64,000 nucleotides of DNA from Cenococcum geophilum. Taxonomy: Eukaryota. Below the pieces are notes generated by a model that did not search any database, was not told where the DNA came from, and saw only the letters and a program-made list of their open reading frames with translations. The stretch is taken from NCBI GenBank assembly GCA_050273025.1, contig CP158635.1, positions 10,168,001 to 10,232,000 on the forward strand, in the 5' to 3' direction. A program made the position numbers and the translations under genes. This document shows, in pieces, positions 1 to 12,676 of this stretch (the stretch's first letter is position 1; each line of letters opens with the position of its first letter).

Positions 1-721
1 CCCGCGAGACGATGACGAAAGCAAGTCTTCGAAAAAATATAGGAAGGGCTTCTCTGTTGGGCCTGCCAATTTGCCTGATGGCACTCACAAGCGGAAAGGT
101 GTGATACCACCATAAGCAGCTTTTTTCGGGCCCAGACAACCACCCTGCATGTCAGCGGGAGCTTGCACCGTTTGTTGATTCGGCATTGCCAATACTGATA
201 AGTTTGCAGTTCAAAAGATAAAGAAGGATCTGATCCACAAAGCGAAGATTAGGAAGGAATATGCGAAGCTCAAAGCGCGAGAGTTACCCGCCGAGCCACA
301 GCATTCTGTCTATGAGCGATACGATGAAAAACCTGACGCCGACAATGGCACTGCAAAGCCTACTTCAGAACCAACTTTAAAACTTCATCCAGATCGCCAA
401 GTCCTTCTCGACGGACCGTCTCCCGAACCCGAACAAGCCCCAGAGCGAGCAAATCCCCACAAACCTAGAAAGCGACTACGGCCACAACCATTCAATCATG
501 AGGCTGAGCTAGCGCAAAAACGGCGAGAGGAGGCGGAAGCACGTCAGAAGGCACGAGAAGAAACCGAGAATGAACGGCAGCGGAGGGTAGCGGAGAGAGA
601 GCGTTTTCGAAAAGCGATGACGAAGGCTCGAACAGGCGGACGAAACGGTCAGAGGAAGCTGGGACGAGAGAGCAAAGTGTTGCTGGAGAAGGTCAAGAGA
701 CTGGTCGGAGATGGAGGTTAG
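1..721 (+). CDS. FYV7-like rRNA-processing protein, 5'-truncated by the window edge; intron 99-209
   Basis: Spliced translation ...KGFSVGPANLPDGTHKRK/VQKIKKDLIHKAKIRKEYAKLK...RTGGRNGQRKLGRESKVLLEKVKRLVGDGG*. GT..CAG intron with a CTGAT branch; stop TAG at 719-721. Family assigned from recalled motif resemblance. Confidence 0.7.
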
Positions 722-1248
722 TGCCAACTCTGTGAGGCTCGGGAAAATAGACAAAGCTTGGATATCATGTTGCCATCAGATATGCACAAGGCCATACAGA
801 ATGGAGGCAACGTGCACACGCAAATTAGCTACTGTTGTAGGTAACTACGTGTATCGCTCACCCAGTGCATAATGATGCGATATTTACGTCTTAGAGCGGA
901 CCGATTTCCCTCTATGGCCGGCAAATCACTCTCATATCACATTATGTTGATGTGTTCAGGAGATATATTCATATTCTTCTAAATTCTTAAATCTATAAAG
1001 CGCTTCCACAGTACCGCAGATAATTTCTTTTTTCATTCAATCCCGTACTGCTGGGGAGCTTGCGCTAAGGTTATTCTTAGAAGAGAAAATTGTTACCATG
1101 CAAAATTTTTATAAACCACGACAACGTAGAGATTTTGTATAAGAATCCTAAATGTCGCGAAGAAATCCTGAACCTCGGCTTGAAATAAGCTGGTATACTG
1201 CTTAAGCCAGACTCTCAGAATAATAGTGATGGTCAAGCCTGGGTTCAT

Positions 1249-3204
1249 ATGGTCAGGACGGAGGCGACGACGGTAACATATTTCACCATTCATATATTTC
1301 AATTTCGTTCACTCTCAGAGCGGGTTCCAAGACCAACTCCTCCATCACAACACATCTCAATCCCCCGAAATCCAAACACCCAGCACTACAGCACACGCAT
1401 TACAAATATTTCCCCGGCTTGTTGCCTGAGTTCATCTTGGCCCGTCTTCCACAGCATGAGTTATTATCCACGCGAAAGGAGTGTCCTCGACCCTTACTCT
1501 ATTTGTCTTCGATGCCATTTGTCTCTCACTTGTCCACGACATACATTCATCCCAGGCATTTCCATCGCTTGGTCAATAATTGATACATTTCGAAAGGAAA
1601 AATACAAGAAGGGGAGCCTATATAACCAATTCGCTCGGACCTTTCCAAGCAACTATTCGTCCTTCAGGACTTGTAGCAACTTTAGACTTTCTAACAAGCC
1701 TCTGGCGCGGCCATACACCAACAGGGAAGGCAATACATCACCTTCGGCCTCGTCAACTGAACCCGCCGCCGGCAGCATTATGAACGCCTCCAGTCGTAGC
1801 GACCCGCTGAGTTACGCAGATGGAGTTCATGCGGTATACCTTCAATGTCCTATCCACAGAAAACCCGTCCGACCCTCCTCAATGCATACAGCGCCCCCAA
1901 TAGATGACTACTTAGGGCTACCTCTGTGCTTATGCAACAACTGCAAAACGAATTCAGATCCAGCAAATATCGGACTGTGCCAACTTAGCAAAGAGCGACC
2001 ATCAACTCTATTGGCGCACTTTCGCCATATGCCTAAGGAGCTTCAGTTGGAAGTCCTAAGTTACGTAAATCCAACTTCGCTCTTTATCACCATTCACATC
2101 TATCCAGACATTGCAGAACTGTTTACACATTTCGGGGCATCTTTAAAGGCCACTATTATAAAGCATCAATTCGCCCGCGAGTCGCAAATTTTCACGCTGC
2201 AAAAGTGTGATTGGACGACGAACCCTACCAAGTATCTCTGGTTACCACAGTGCACCCCCTTTTACTTACTCCATCTCAGCTACATGCAAGATGCAACACA
2301 TCTCATTGCTAACTTCTTCACCAAGCACTTCAGCACGTGCCTCAGCACATTTGAAGACTTCTCGTCCGAGATTTTAGATCTCTGGCTATTCTTCTGCACT
2401 TCCCCAAACTGCAGAGACTCTGTCAAAGAGATATGGAATTACATCGGCTCACTCGACGTCACTCGCCGCCATTCTTTGACACGCATGATTATCTTGCTAT
2501 CGAGAGGAATTAGACGGCTCCATCCTATAATCTGGCCGTGGAACTTTCCCGTGCGCTACGCCCAAGAGTTCAGTTACCCAGCTATCCTACCCATTCTCGA
2601 CCACATCTACATCTACCTAACACTGAACTGCCTGCGCGAGAGTATGCATGACGTTCTCAAGCTATTCTATGAGCACCGTCCCAAAAGCATAGCCATTATC
2701 AAAAAAATATTCGGATTCGAAAAGCTCTGGGACAGAGCCGTCTACACCTGCGCAAGCCCACACGACCACAACCTGCTAATCCTAAGCCGAAAGACGTATA
2801 TCATCCGCTACATCGGCGACCGCACTAACGGCCACATGCTCCTATACCCGCCCTCACGCAGCGTATCCGGCGAGGCTGCCATCGCTGACATAACCGCAGA
2901 CGCCACCACAAATGTGCATTATTTTGTGGAAGACCTGGTTGGACACAACGAGTGGATGGCGCTACAAATGGCGGCGAGGCTGCTGCCAAACACGCCTCTC
3001 GACTGGGCGCACTTCTGCAACCGCACGCCTAGATTGCGTCCCAGCTTCTCGCATCCCCGGAACTTGGGGTGGCAATGGTGGCGGTGGCATAAGTCGCAGT
3101 TCACTGAACAAGGCAGTATTGGGATCCCGATGATGTTTGAGATGGAGGAATTACGAGGTCAGTTGAAGCGGGAGGAGGCAAAATTGCTGCGGGACCGGAG
3201 CTAG
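1249..3204 (+). CDS. Intronless hypothetical protein with an F-box-like motif; true start probably ATG 1456 or 1780
   Basis: 651-codon open frame. FRHMPKELQLEVLSYVNPTSL fits the LPxE-I/L-xxI-xxYL F-box consensus; no other domain recognised. Confidence 0.55.
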   Translation: MVRTEATTVTYFTIHIFQFRSLSERVPRPTPPSQHISIPRNPNTQHYSTRITNISPACCLSSSWPVFHSMSYYPRERSVLDPYSICLRCHLSLTCPRHTFIPGISIAWSIIDTFRKEKYKKGSLYNQFARTFPSNYSSFRTCSNFRLSNKPLARPYTNREGNTSPSASSTEPAAGSIMNASSRSDPLSYADGVHAVYLQCPIHRKPVRPSSMHTAPPIDDYLGLPLCLCNNCKTNSDPANIGLCQLSKERPSTLLAHFRHMPKELQLEVLSYVNPTSLFITIHIYPDIAELFTHFGASLKATIIKHQFARESQIFTLQKCDWTTNPTKYLWLPQCTPFYLLHLSYMQDATHLIANFFTKHFSTCLSTFEDFSSEILDLWLFFCTSPNCRDSVKEIWNYIGSLDVTRRHSLTRMIILLSRGIRRLHPIIWPWNFPVRYAQEFSYPAILPILDHIYIYLTLNCLRESMHDVLKLFYEHRPKSIAIIKKIFGFEKLWDRAVYTCASPHDHNLLILSRKTYIIRYIGDRTNGHMLLYPPSRSVSGEAAIADITADATTNVHYFVEDLVGHNEWMALQMAARLLPNTPLDWAHFCNRTPRLRPSFSHPRNLGWQWWRWHKSQFTEQGSIGIPMMFEMEELRGQLKREEAKLLRDRS

Positions 3205-4899
3205 CAAGAACGAATCCGGACCTAAGCGCCCCATTAGTGATGGTCTAGGAGAGCAAGAGCCTTTTCCTGCATCCTCAGACACCAAATGTTTCCGCTATCG
3301 ACCGTCGGTAGATTTTGGAACAATTATAAAGCACAGGCTTAGCCAGAGCTCGTGTTGACGATTTCAATAACTAAAACGACTGACGAGAGAAGGAATTGAG
3401 TTGGTGGTTGATTTCCAGGGGATAAATTGGAAGGTCGAGGATTGAACAGGGTAATGGACTGGGTGAGGATAGTTGAGGACTGCGAAGCAATCATGGTCGA
3501 AAAACTGAGCCCGAAGGATAAGTGGATGCGGCAATGGCTATGTTCATAGAGCGGTTTATGCAAGAAATACTGCCCACCCCAGCAATGCGGAGTTCCCTCG
3601 AGTGATAAAATGTTATAAGTAACGAATTCTACACATTATAGTGCTTCCAGCCCTCTTTGTACGGACTGAAAACTTCCCATCATTTTCGGGAGCCTTGCTA
3701 CTAAATCGTTTCGATGGCTCAATCAGCGGGCAGATACATTTTCTTCTTATTTCTTATGGCCGAATGGCGACTCTAGCCTAGCTCGCAGAGCGACATTTCC
3801 AACTAGAAGCTAAAGCAGTATTCTCCAATCCATCCCAAACTCTCACGTTAGGATATACGTAATGTGCTACAATCCCCAGATCAGCTTATACCCGAGCACT
3901 CCAGAAAGGTTACCAAAACTCACTCCGCTCAGCCAAGGCCAGCGCTGCTATATCATCATCGAAGTACTTCGTACCAACAATCCGGGATGGCGCAAGACTG
4001 CTCTCGGCCCATTCTACGAATGCTAGTAATATGTTGTGCGCAGGGTTATTTTCCGCCAATGGGTACGTCTGTCCGATATCCCAGGCACTGAGCCCTGTGG
4101 AACAGTGATGCATCCTGGGAACGAAAAAAGCCAGTGGAACTCATGAAGCCCATTAAGGGTCAGGTTCAGCAGTCTAAACCCGAATAGTAGCGCATTGGAT
4201 GTGCTGAGGTTACGGTCTGTATGGGCTTCAACTCAGCATTGGGCTTCTCGCGTGAAATTCGAGGTTAAGCTACTAACCTCATCGTTTCGGCTGTGGTAAG
4301 ACAGGACCCCACAACCTCTTGCATAGAATTGAGAAAGATCAGTTTCACCAGTGTTCACTCGGCCGGGATCAATCTTGATGGCGAGGTTGATGTCTGTTTT
4401 ATTAAAATTGCATTCACATGAAGGAAGGGTATATCTGAACTTGTCTATCCAGGTCGGATTTTGCCGATTACCCTGTTCCTGTTCCAGTTGCCTATCACCC
4501 TATGACTCACACTGTTTCTGTTGCCTGTACCCCCCTTGTTGCTTACAACTTTCTCATGTATTATAGCTTCTTTTCTTCATAGTTTGACAGAGTCCTCCTC
4601 ATCCCCTTCTGATCTGCATCAGATTGACAGAACTACTAGATCAATGATATCATGTAAGAACTCTTAAAATCAACATATCCTAGGGACGTCCTTGTGCTAG
4701 CCAAACTACCAAATAACGGGAATGAAACAATTGGAACTATAAATAAAACGTCAAAATGAAGACGATTATTTGATGTTACTAAAAATTTAACGAAACCCTA
4801 TGAAGAACATCAAGCAGTACGGGGATCGTCCTTCTTGCGTACCCAACACTTTGAAGAAACAACTTTGTATAGCAAGTACACGGAGCTCTCGAACGTGCC

Positions 4900-6477
4900 G
4901 TAAAATTTGCTTTCAAAACAGACCCTTGACCCCAATGAAATAGGACCAGTATCACTATTGAAACAAATTACAAAGGCGGATATTACCCTAAATGCCCAGA
5001 ATAGACGACGTAGTAGAGAATGGTATAAAAACTAGAGCGAGTTTGGCCAGCCTTGCTATATCATTTGCTTCCCGAATCAGAATTCCAAGATATTTGTCGA
5101 TTCGTGGCTAGATCTCGCGTTGCTGAATAACTTGACTTCTTACTTCCAGCAAGCATGCCTCTCGAGAATTTTCTGATTGCATTTGAGGGATGTAGCGAAG
5201 CTCATGGTGCCGTACGAGTCTTCCAACCCAGTCAATAAGACGGATACATCGTCTAAGGCGTGTAATAGCATAAAAATTGTTTCTATGGTCGTTACGGACG
5301 CCGGCGAGGTAGCCTGGTTCGATGTCACGTTGAAGCACACCATCACGTACTTCGCCAAGGGCCGCTGCGCACCAATCAAGTGATGATTCTATGGCCTCGT
5401 TCAAAAGGGTTTCTTGAACCTCGGTTTTTACTTTGTCGTTAACTTTACAAATATTTATTGCGGTAAACGACGTTTGGCGGAGTTGGCGAAAATGAAATAC
5501 CATGCTACTGCGAAATGATCGATGGCTTGGTTCCCTTATCTCATGACTAGAATTGGTATTCTAAAATCGAGGGATAAGATTCTTATTCCGTGGATGAATA
5601 CCGACCGCGGGTCGAGCGTCAATCAATGGGTTAGTCAATACAGTGACTGTAAATAGTTATAGTCTTGCGCTCCTTGGAACTAAGATAGAAGGGGGAGAAG
5701 CTCTTATTCATACGCATTGCTCCTGGGAAGCTGAAAAATGATTAGAATATAGGAGTAGTCTCTACTTACTAGCTGGAAGGTCTTTCGAGGATGTTAGGTC
5801 CCAGTGCACGGATGTGTGACCCTTCAGCCACACATTTTGTAACCAACTGCCCCACCGTTGAAACATTGGTTTGGCCTTGGAGCCAGTCCATGCAAGACCC
5901 CCCAGAGAAAATATGCGGCCGAAGACTTATAATATTTGCGAAAGGTTGCGTAATATTATCAGGAACCGGACACGGCATGGGTGAGGCCGTAGTACCCTTC
6001 CAATGGAAAGGGTTGTCGCTCGTCACTAGATGGTTCTCAAAGAAGCAGGGGTCTGGAGACAGGCAATGCCCCAGGATTTCTACCAGGTCTCGTGAAAGAT
6101 CTTCTGCAAATATAATTCTGTGGACCATGTTGATGCCTCGCTCCTGGTTCAGTAAAATTTCCAGACCCATCTCGGAACTCAAAAGTATCCTCCACAACAC
6201 GCATATTCCCTGAGTCTTCCAGAAGAATGTCCACTATTTGAACATCAACTTTCTCCATCCTACGGACGACCTGATTGCCAGATGTATACGGGCTTCTGAA
6301 GTCTGGAGATACAAGTTCTGCGAGGAGTTCAAGTCGCGGCCATTCTTGAGTCAAGCTTCGAACGTAATCAACGTACGGGTATTCGTGTAAGCTTTCAGGA
6401 GTTTCTATAGTGTATGAGAAGAGAGTTAGCAAAAAGCTTGCAGACAGCATTAGGCGACGCTTTAATAGGTCTCGCAT
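4900..6477 (-). pseudogene. Degraded fungal CorA-like (Mg2+ transporter-like C-terminal TM) gene
   Basis: The N-terminal part YVRSLTQEWPRL...RIIFAEDLSRDLVEILGHCLSPDPCFFENHL is split over two frames near 6200. The C-terminal part reads ...QQREI*PRIDKYLGILIREANDIARLAKLALVFIPFSTTSSILGI*, the CorA-type TM hairpin with in-frame stops. Confidence 0.6.
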
Positions 6478-6951
6478 AAGGCCGCAAGGCTGAGATGGTT
6501 ATAGCAAGGCAGACTTTTGGTGGCGTTTCCGGCATAGCATGCATGACCATTCTAAGAGCGTGAGAGCGTCATCATTTTAGATATGATAAGTCTGCGTGTA
6601 TAGGCTCTTTTGCTCGAGATATGGAGACGTTGTGAAGGTTAACAGAGGTTGTAGACATGAATAGCGTTAAAGCGGAAAAATACTCAATATGTTTATTTTG
6701 AGGTGCAAGTTCTTACTACTCCCTTTTTCATCCACACTCTCTCCATTGAACTAATGCAGACGAACTAATACGAGTCATCAAGACCATACCCGTGGTTACC
6801 AATGCCCATGATCATAAAATGTGTCATACAAGGGCAGTATCAGCTCGTTGATAATCATGGCGAATCTGGCGAATCTGACTTTGGGGAGTCATTCACTGTT
6901 CATATTGGTGTTCGATATAGCTCAACATGACTCGGAGGTACCAGCCGCTTA

Positions 6952-7091
6952 TCCCTTAACCCGTCAAAATTGGTCCTTCTCTTATTGATAAGAATTAGGC
7001 CAATAAGAGAGGTTGGGTAAATACAAAATACCCAATCAACAATAATAACAAATCTTTATCGATAGCAGATGGGTGCTGACGAGTTAAGGGA
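6952..7091. mobile_element. ~140-bp MITE-like element or multi-hairpin upstream of EF-2
   Basis: Inverted repeats TTATCCCTTAACCCGTCA (6949-6966) and TGACGAGTTAAGGGATAA (7077-7094) match at 17/18, with TA on both flanks; two further internal inverted repeats. Confidence 0.5.
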
Positions 7092-7507
7092 TAAACAATA
7101 TAAGAGCTGCCGCAGGGTGTGACTCACAGTTGAGAGGCGGAACAGAGGATGAGTCGTAGGGTTCAGGTATTATTGGGTTGTTCATGACTGATCCCTTAGG
7201 CTAACTCGCACCAAGTCGGATTTAGCGAGTTGCCCCACCAAGCGACGCACCGCCAAAAACTCCTCTCCGCCCTCGACTGAGAAGCTCTCACTCTCTCCCA
7301 TCGTCTCCCATCGACCACCTCGACTCTCATAGCCATCAAAAAGGGCTTCTTTCAGAGCGCTTCACCTTCGTGCCACTGGCCTAGAGAGGCAGAGCTTTCA
7401 ACTGCCTTTTCACGTTCTTCCGAACGTATCACTCATCGAAGCGGGGTACTCTGCAACCTCGCCATCACCAAAGTTTTCAGTAAAACAATCGTAACAACAC
7501 CGCCATC

Positions 7508-10416
7508 ATGGTCAAGTAAGTCTTCATTTTGGTGCTTTTCTTGCTGAGATTGAGGATGATGCGATTCATTCAACTTATTTCATCCGACTTTCCACCCCTT
7601 CCCTTGAATTTAACCCTCCATCGCAAACAATTTGCTGACATCATATACAGCTTCACGGTAGAGGAGGTACGTTTACAGCCGCAGCATTTTCACAACTTTC
7701 AATAAAAGGCAAAAGACAAGAATACTGACAATGTTCGAAGATCCGTGGTCTCATGGACTCTGCGGCAAATATCCGCAACATGTCCGTTATTGCGCATGGT
7801 GAGTTGGCAATCGAATGATGAGCCCAACGGAAATTTTTCTAACTCCGCCAAAAAATTTAGTCGACCACGGAAAATCCACTTTAACCGACTCTCTTGTGCA
7901 GCGTGCCGGTATTATCTCCGCCGCAAAGGCTGGTGAAGCCCGGTTTACGGATACTCGTGCGGATGAACAGGAGCGTGGTGTCACAATCAAGTCGACAGCC
8001 ATCTCCCTGTACGCAACACTTAAGGACGAAGAAGATATGAAGGATATCCCAGTCAAAGTTGAAAAGAATGACTTCTTGATCAACTTGATTGATTCTCCTG
8101 GTCACGTCGACTTCTCTTCCGAGGTCACTGCGGCTCTCCGTGTGACTGACGGCGCTCTCGTTGTCGTCGACACAGTAGAAGGTGTCTGCGTGCAAACGGA
8201 GACTGTGCTCCGACAGGCTCTTGGTGAGCGTATTAAGCCCGTTGTTATTATCAACAAGGTCGATCGGGCCCTCCTTGAACTCCAAGTCACAAAAGAAGAT
8301 TTATACCAGAATTTCTCTCGTGTCATCGAGTCTGTCAACGTCGTTATTGCGACGTACTATGATAAGGCTCTTGGTGATGTCCAGGTTTATCCAGACAAGG
8401 GCACTATTGCTTTCGGTTCTGGTCTGCACGGCTGGGCTTTCACCGTCCGTCAATTCGCATCTAGGTACGCCAAGAAATTCGGTGTTGACAAGAACAAAAT
8501 GATGGAGCGTCTATGGGTAAGAAATTACCATATCTTCCTTGCGCAAAACGCTCCTAACTGAAAATATAGGGAGACAACTACTTTAACCCAAAGACGAAGA
8601 AGTGGACTAAGACTGGCACGCACGAGGGCAAGCCGCTCGAGCGTGCGTTCAACCAGTTCATCCTTGATCCCATCTTCAGGATATTCAATGCAGTCATGAA
8701 CTTCAAGACTGACGAGATCCCAACTCTCCTTGAGAAGCTCGAGATTAAGCTCACTAGTGATGAAAAGGATCTTGAGGGAAAGGCTCTGTTGAAGGTTGTC
8801 ATGAGGAAGTTCCTTCCTGCCGCTGATGCTCTATTGGAGATGATGATTCTCCACCTGCCTTCCCCAGTCACTGCCCAGAAGTACCGTATGGAGACCCTCT
8901 ATGAAGGCCCTCACGACGATATCAATGCGATTGGTATCCGCGACTGTGATCCTAAGGGGCCTCTCATGTTGTACGTCTCCAAGATGGTGCCGACTTCCGA
9001 TAAGGGTCGATTCTACGCTTTCGGTCGTGTCTTCTCGGGTACCGTCCGTTCCGGTCTCAAAGTTCGCATTCAGGGACCAAACTACACTCCTGGTAAGAAG
9101 GAAGATCTATTCATTAAAGCCGTTCAACGTACTATTCTCATGATGGGTCGTTTCGTCGAGCCAATTGAGGATGTTCCCGCCGGTAATATTCTGGGTCTGG
9201 TCGGTATCGATCAGTTCTTGCTCAAGTCCGGTACCTTGACCACCAACGAAACCGCACACAACCTGAAGGTCATGAAGTTCTCCGTCTCTCCTGTCGTCCG
9301 GCGCTCCGTTGAAGTCAAGAATGCCCAGGATCTACCCAAATTGGTCGAAGGTCTAAAGCGTCTGTCAAAGTCGGATCCCTGCGTCCTTACCTACATTTCC
9401 GAATCCGGTGAGCACGTTGTTGCTGGCGCTGGCGAGCTGCACTTGGAAATCTGCTTGAAAGATTTGGAAGAGGACCACGCTGGTGTGCCACTTCGTGTAT
9501 CCGACCCTGTTGTGCAATACCGTGAAACTGTTGGCGCTACCTCAAACATCACGGCCCTTTCCAAGTCGCCCAACAAGCACAACCGTTTGTATGTCATTGC
9601 TCAGCCGTTGGACGAGGAAGTTTCCGTTGCCATCGAACAGGGTAAGATCGGCCCCCGTGACGATTTCAAGGCCCGTGCTCGTATCCTTGCTGATGAACAC
9701 GGCTGGGATGTTACCGATGCCCGAAAAATTTGGTGCTTCGGTCCAGACACTAGCGGCGCCAACTTGCTCGTTGATCAGACAAAGGCTGTTCAGTACCTGA
9801 ACGAAATCAAGGATTCGGTCGTTTCCGGTTTCCAGTGGGCGACCAAGGAAGGCCCAGTCGCTGAGGAGCCCATGCGGTCGATCCGTTTCAACATCATGGA
9901 CGTCACGCTACATGCTGATGCCATCCATCGTGGCGGTGGGCAGATCATCCCTACTGCTCGTCGTGTGCTCTATGCTGCTACCCTTCTTGCTGAACCTGGT
10001 CTTCAGGAGCCCGTCTATATGGTCGAAATCCAGGTGCCCGAACAAGCCATGGGCGGTATCTATGGTGTGCTTACCCGAAGAAGAGGTCACGTCTTCGAGG
10101 AGAACCAACGTATTGGTACTCCTCTTTTCAACGTCAAGGCTTTCTTGCCTGTCAACGAGTCATTCGGTTTCACTGCCGATCTACGATCAAATACTGCCGG
10201 TCAGGCTTTCCCACAGTTGGTGTTCGACCACTGGCAAATTCTGCCTGGTGGTTCACCACTTGATAAGACAACAATGCCTGGTAAGGTTGTGGAGGAGATG
10301 CGGAAGAGGAAGGGTATCAAACCTGATGTGCCAGGTGTGGAGAACGTGAGTCACCCACCCATTTACGAGACAACCCGCTTGCTAATGAGTCTACACAGTA
10401 CTATGACAAACTATAG
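7508..10416 (+). CDS. EFT2: Translation elongation factor 2; exons 7508-7515, 7651-7666, 7741-7798, 7861-8516, 8570-10345, 10399-10416
   Basis: MVNFTVEE-IRGLMD...[15 protein letters not shown] (G1), DSPGHVDF (G3), NKVD (G4), diphthamide loop [14 protein letters not shown]-terminus YYDKL*. Canonical GT-AG introns restore the frame. Confidence 0.98.
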
Positions 10417-11139
10417 AGGGATGCTATCAAAAGTGATAGATTTCTTTACTCTTCCGACCTTGGGTTCAAAACGGCATTATTGGGGTTGCTCATTGTCACC
10501 TTTCTTCTATGAATTACGCAAAAGGGTATGGACATTTATGAAGCGTATGCCCGAATGAAGATAACGACGATGTATAGCAACAGGTTTCTCAAGGTCGGAT
10601 GTTAAACTGATTGCTGGCTGCTGATAGCAGTAGATAGTCCTTTCTTATCTTGCATATTCTCTTGTGATGTAGTTGTGGTGCTAGAATATAAACCACATGA
10701 ACACAATGGCTTCCTTTCTGTGCCTGTGACCTGTCACAGTTGTTGTGATACGCTGCAAGTTCTTATTGCTCAACTAGACCTTTCAGAGTCGGATCCTACC
10801 GTCCCCTAAGGGTATGAGTTTTGTTTGCAGCCTGATATGCCATTTTCATTAATAAACAGTTGTCCAAACGACAACATATCATGGAAGGCGGCCTACGTTT
10901 TTTGTGTGCATGCAGGGTCCGTTGCAGAAGTTTCATAAATTTAGGCTTGCAGACATTAGGCTATATTTCTATTTCTGGGGTCCCATATAAAAAATCGATC
11001 TTTGAAAAAAGGTCTAAAAGTAGTTTTCAATAAGCGAAATTCCAGCCAATAAAATATTGGCAATAGTTTGGATAAAATTATTATAGTAGAATATACTTAT
11101 TTCAAAAATAAAGATTATATAAATTATTGGCAGTAATTA

Positions 11140-12270
11140 AGCTCGGGCCCTTCGCGAGGACCTTCGCGGGTAAGCTGTGCACGGAGCTCCACCAAAGCTC
11201 TGCAAAAGCTCTGCACGAAGCTCTACTCGGAGCTCTACTCGGAGCCATACTCGAAGCTCTGCTCGAAGCCCTATATAGAGCCCTAAAGCTCTACTAACAC
11301 GCAGCACTAATATACTAGGAAGGTTCTATAATCGGCCGTACGAACGCCCATACGATTAGTCGCCATACAATCGTCCCTACGAACGGCTCTATAAATGTCG
11401 CACGATCGCCCGTACGAACGCCTATATAATTAATTGATCGATTAATTAATTACCTATACAAACGCCCGTACGAACGCCTATACGATTAATTAATCAAACG
11501 TCTATATAATCGCCCATACAATCGTCTATACGAAAGTCTCTACAAACGTCTCTACAAATGTCTGCACGAACGCCTGCACGAACACCTATATAAAGCTCTG
11601 CTTAAAGCTCTATATAATGCCCTTCATAAGGCCTTTAAAAACAAGCCTAAATACAAGGTCTATATAGAGAAGCTCTATCAAAGCTCTATTTAAAGCTCTA
11701 ACCAGGCTCTGCTCGAGGCTCCGCTCGAAGCTCTGCTCGAAGCTCTACTCGAAGCTCTATCAAAACTCTGCTCGAAGCTCTATCGAAGCTCTGCTCAAGG
11801 CTCTGCACGAGGCTCTACTCAAAGCCCTATCAAAGCTCCACTTGAAGCTCTGCTCGAAGCTCTGCTCGGAGCCCTATCAGGGCTCTGCACGGAGCTCTAC
11901 TCAAGCTCTACTCAAAAGCTCTACGCGAGGCTCTGCTCGAAGCTCTACACGACACTACACTCTAAGCTCTACTAACACGCAGCACTGATATACTAGGAAG
12001 ACTCTATAATCGTCTATACGAACGGCTCTACAACCAATCGATTTATCAATTAATTGCCTATACGAACGCCTGCACGCCTAGACACCTATACGTCTACACG
12101 CCTGCACGCCGCACGTGGTTCTGCATAAGGCTCTGCGCGAACCCCTGTACGAAGCTCTACTAAAGCTCTACACGAGGCTCTGCCTAAAGCTTACCACCCG
12201 CTGCGAAGCAGCCCCCGTAGCGCAGCACGACGGAGGGATAGGATTTGCTTCGTAAATCCCTACCAACTAG
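11140..12270 (+). mobile_element. Putative non-autonomous Helitron; 3' end at 12270, 5' end not resolved
   Basis: Hairpin GGATTTGC-TTC-GTAAATCC (12241-12259; perfect if one CpA>TpA change is reverted) is followed 7 nt later by CTAG|T (12267-12271). A second hairpin GCTGC-GAA-GCAGC lies just upstream. Confidence 0.5.
11170..12190. repeat. 12-bp minisatellite arrays (GAAGCTCTGCTC-type and GAACGCCYRTAC-type) with a higher-order duplication
   Basis: Dozens of degenerate 12-mers. The spacer CTACTAACACGCAGCACTRATATACTAGGAAG occurs at 11291 and 11969. Confidence 0.85.
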
Positions 12271-12676
12271 TATCTATAGGTTAAAAGTCTTTTTTTACTA
12301 GCAGTTAAACAACTCCTCTATATTAAAAAGTAATAAGTCTGCTTTAGAAGCCATAATATTTAATAATTTATCCGTACGATGCTGAAGTTAAAAATTTGAA
12401 GGGGTGCTAAGAAGATCTGCAAATATTACGAATATCGCCAATACTCGCCAATATTAATTAGTGCCAATATTGATTAATCTAATTGGCCAATATTGAAAAT
12501 AAAAACCACGCTGGGTCGTACTATCTCTTAAGGGTCTAAGTTTTGTTTGCAGCCTATACTAAAGCATGTTCATTTTGGAGTATATGGGGTTTTAATAGCA
12601 ATATATAACAACCTCCCTATACCTTCGCCTCCCTGCCGTTCTATATTGGAGACGGGACATTTCTTTTCATGATAAG

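Larger units (their letters stand above)
10807..12555. repeat. AT-rich repeat relic bounded by 27-bp direct repeats and carrying GCCAATAT-type subrepeats
   Basis: TAAGGGTATGAGTTTTGTTTGCAGCCT (10807-10833) vs TAAGGGTCTAAGTTTTGTTTGCAGCCT (12529-12555), 25/27 identical. GCCAATA/TATTGGC clusters at ~11045-11065 and ~12435-12495. Confidence 0.55.

Noticed and set aside
7516..7860. Intronic box C/D snoRNA in EF-2 introns (RTGATG-like motifs)
   Set aside because: No convincing box D with terminal stem; intron 3 is too short.
11170..12190. CRISPR-like array
   Set aside because: Repeats are contiguous degenerate 12-mers without unique spacers; eukaryotic context, no cas genes.
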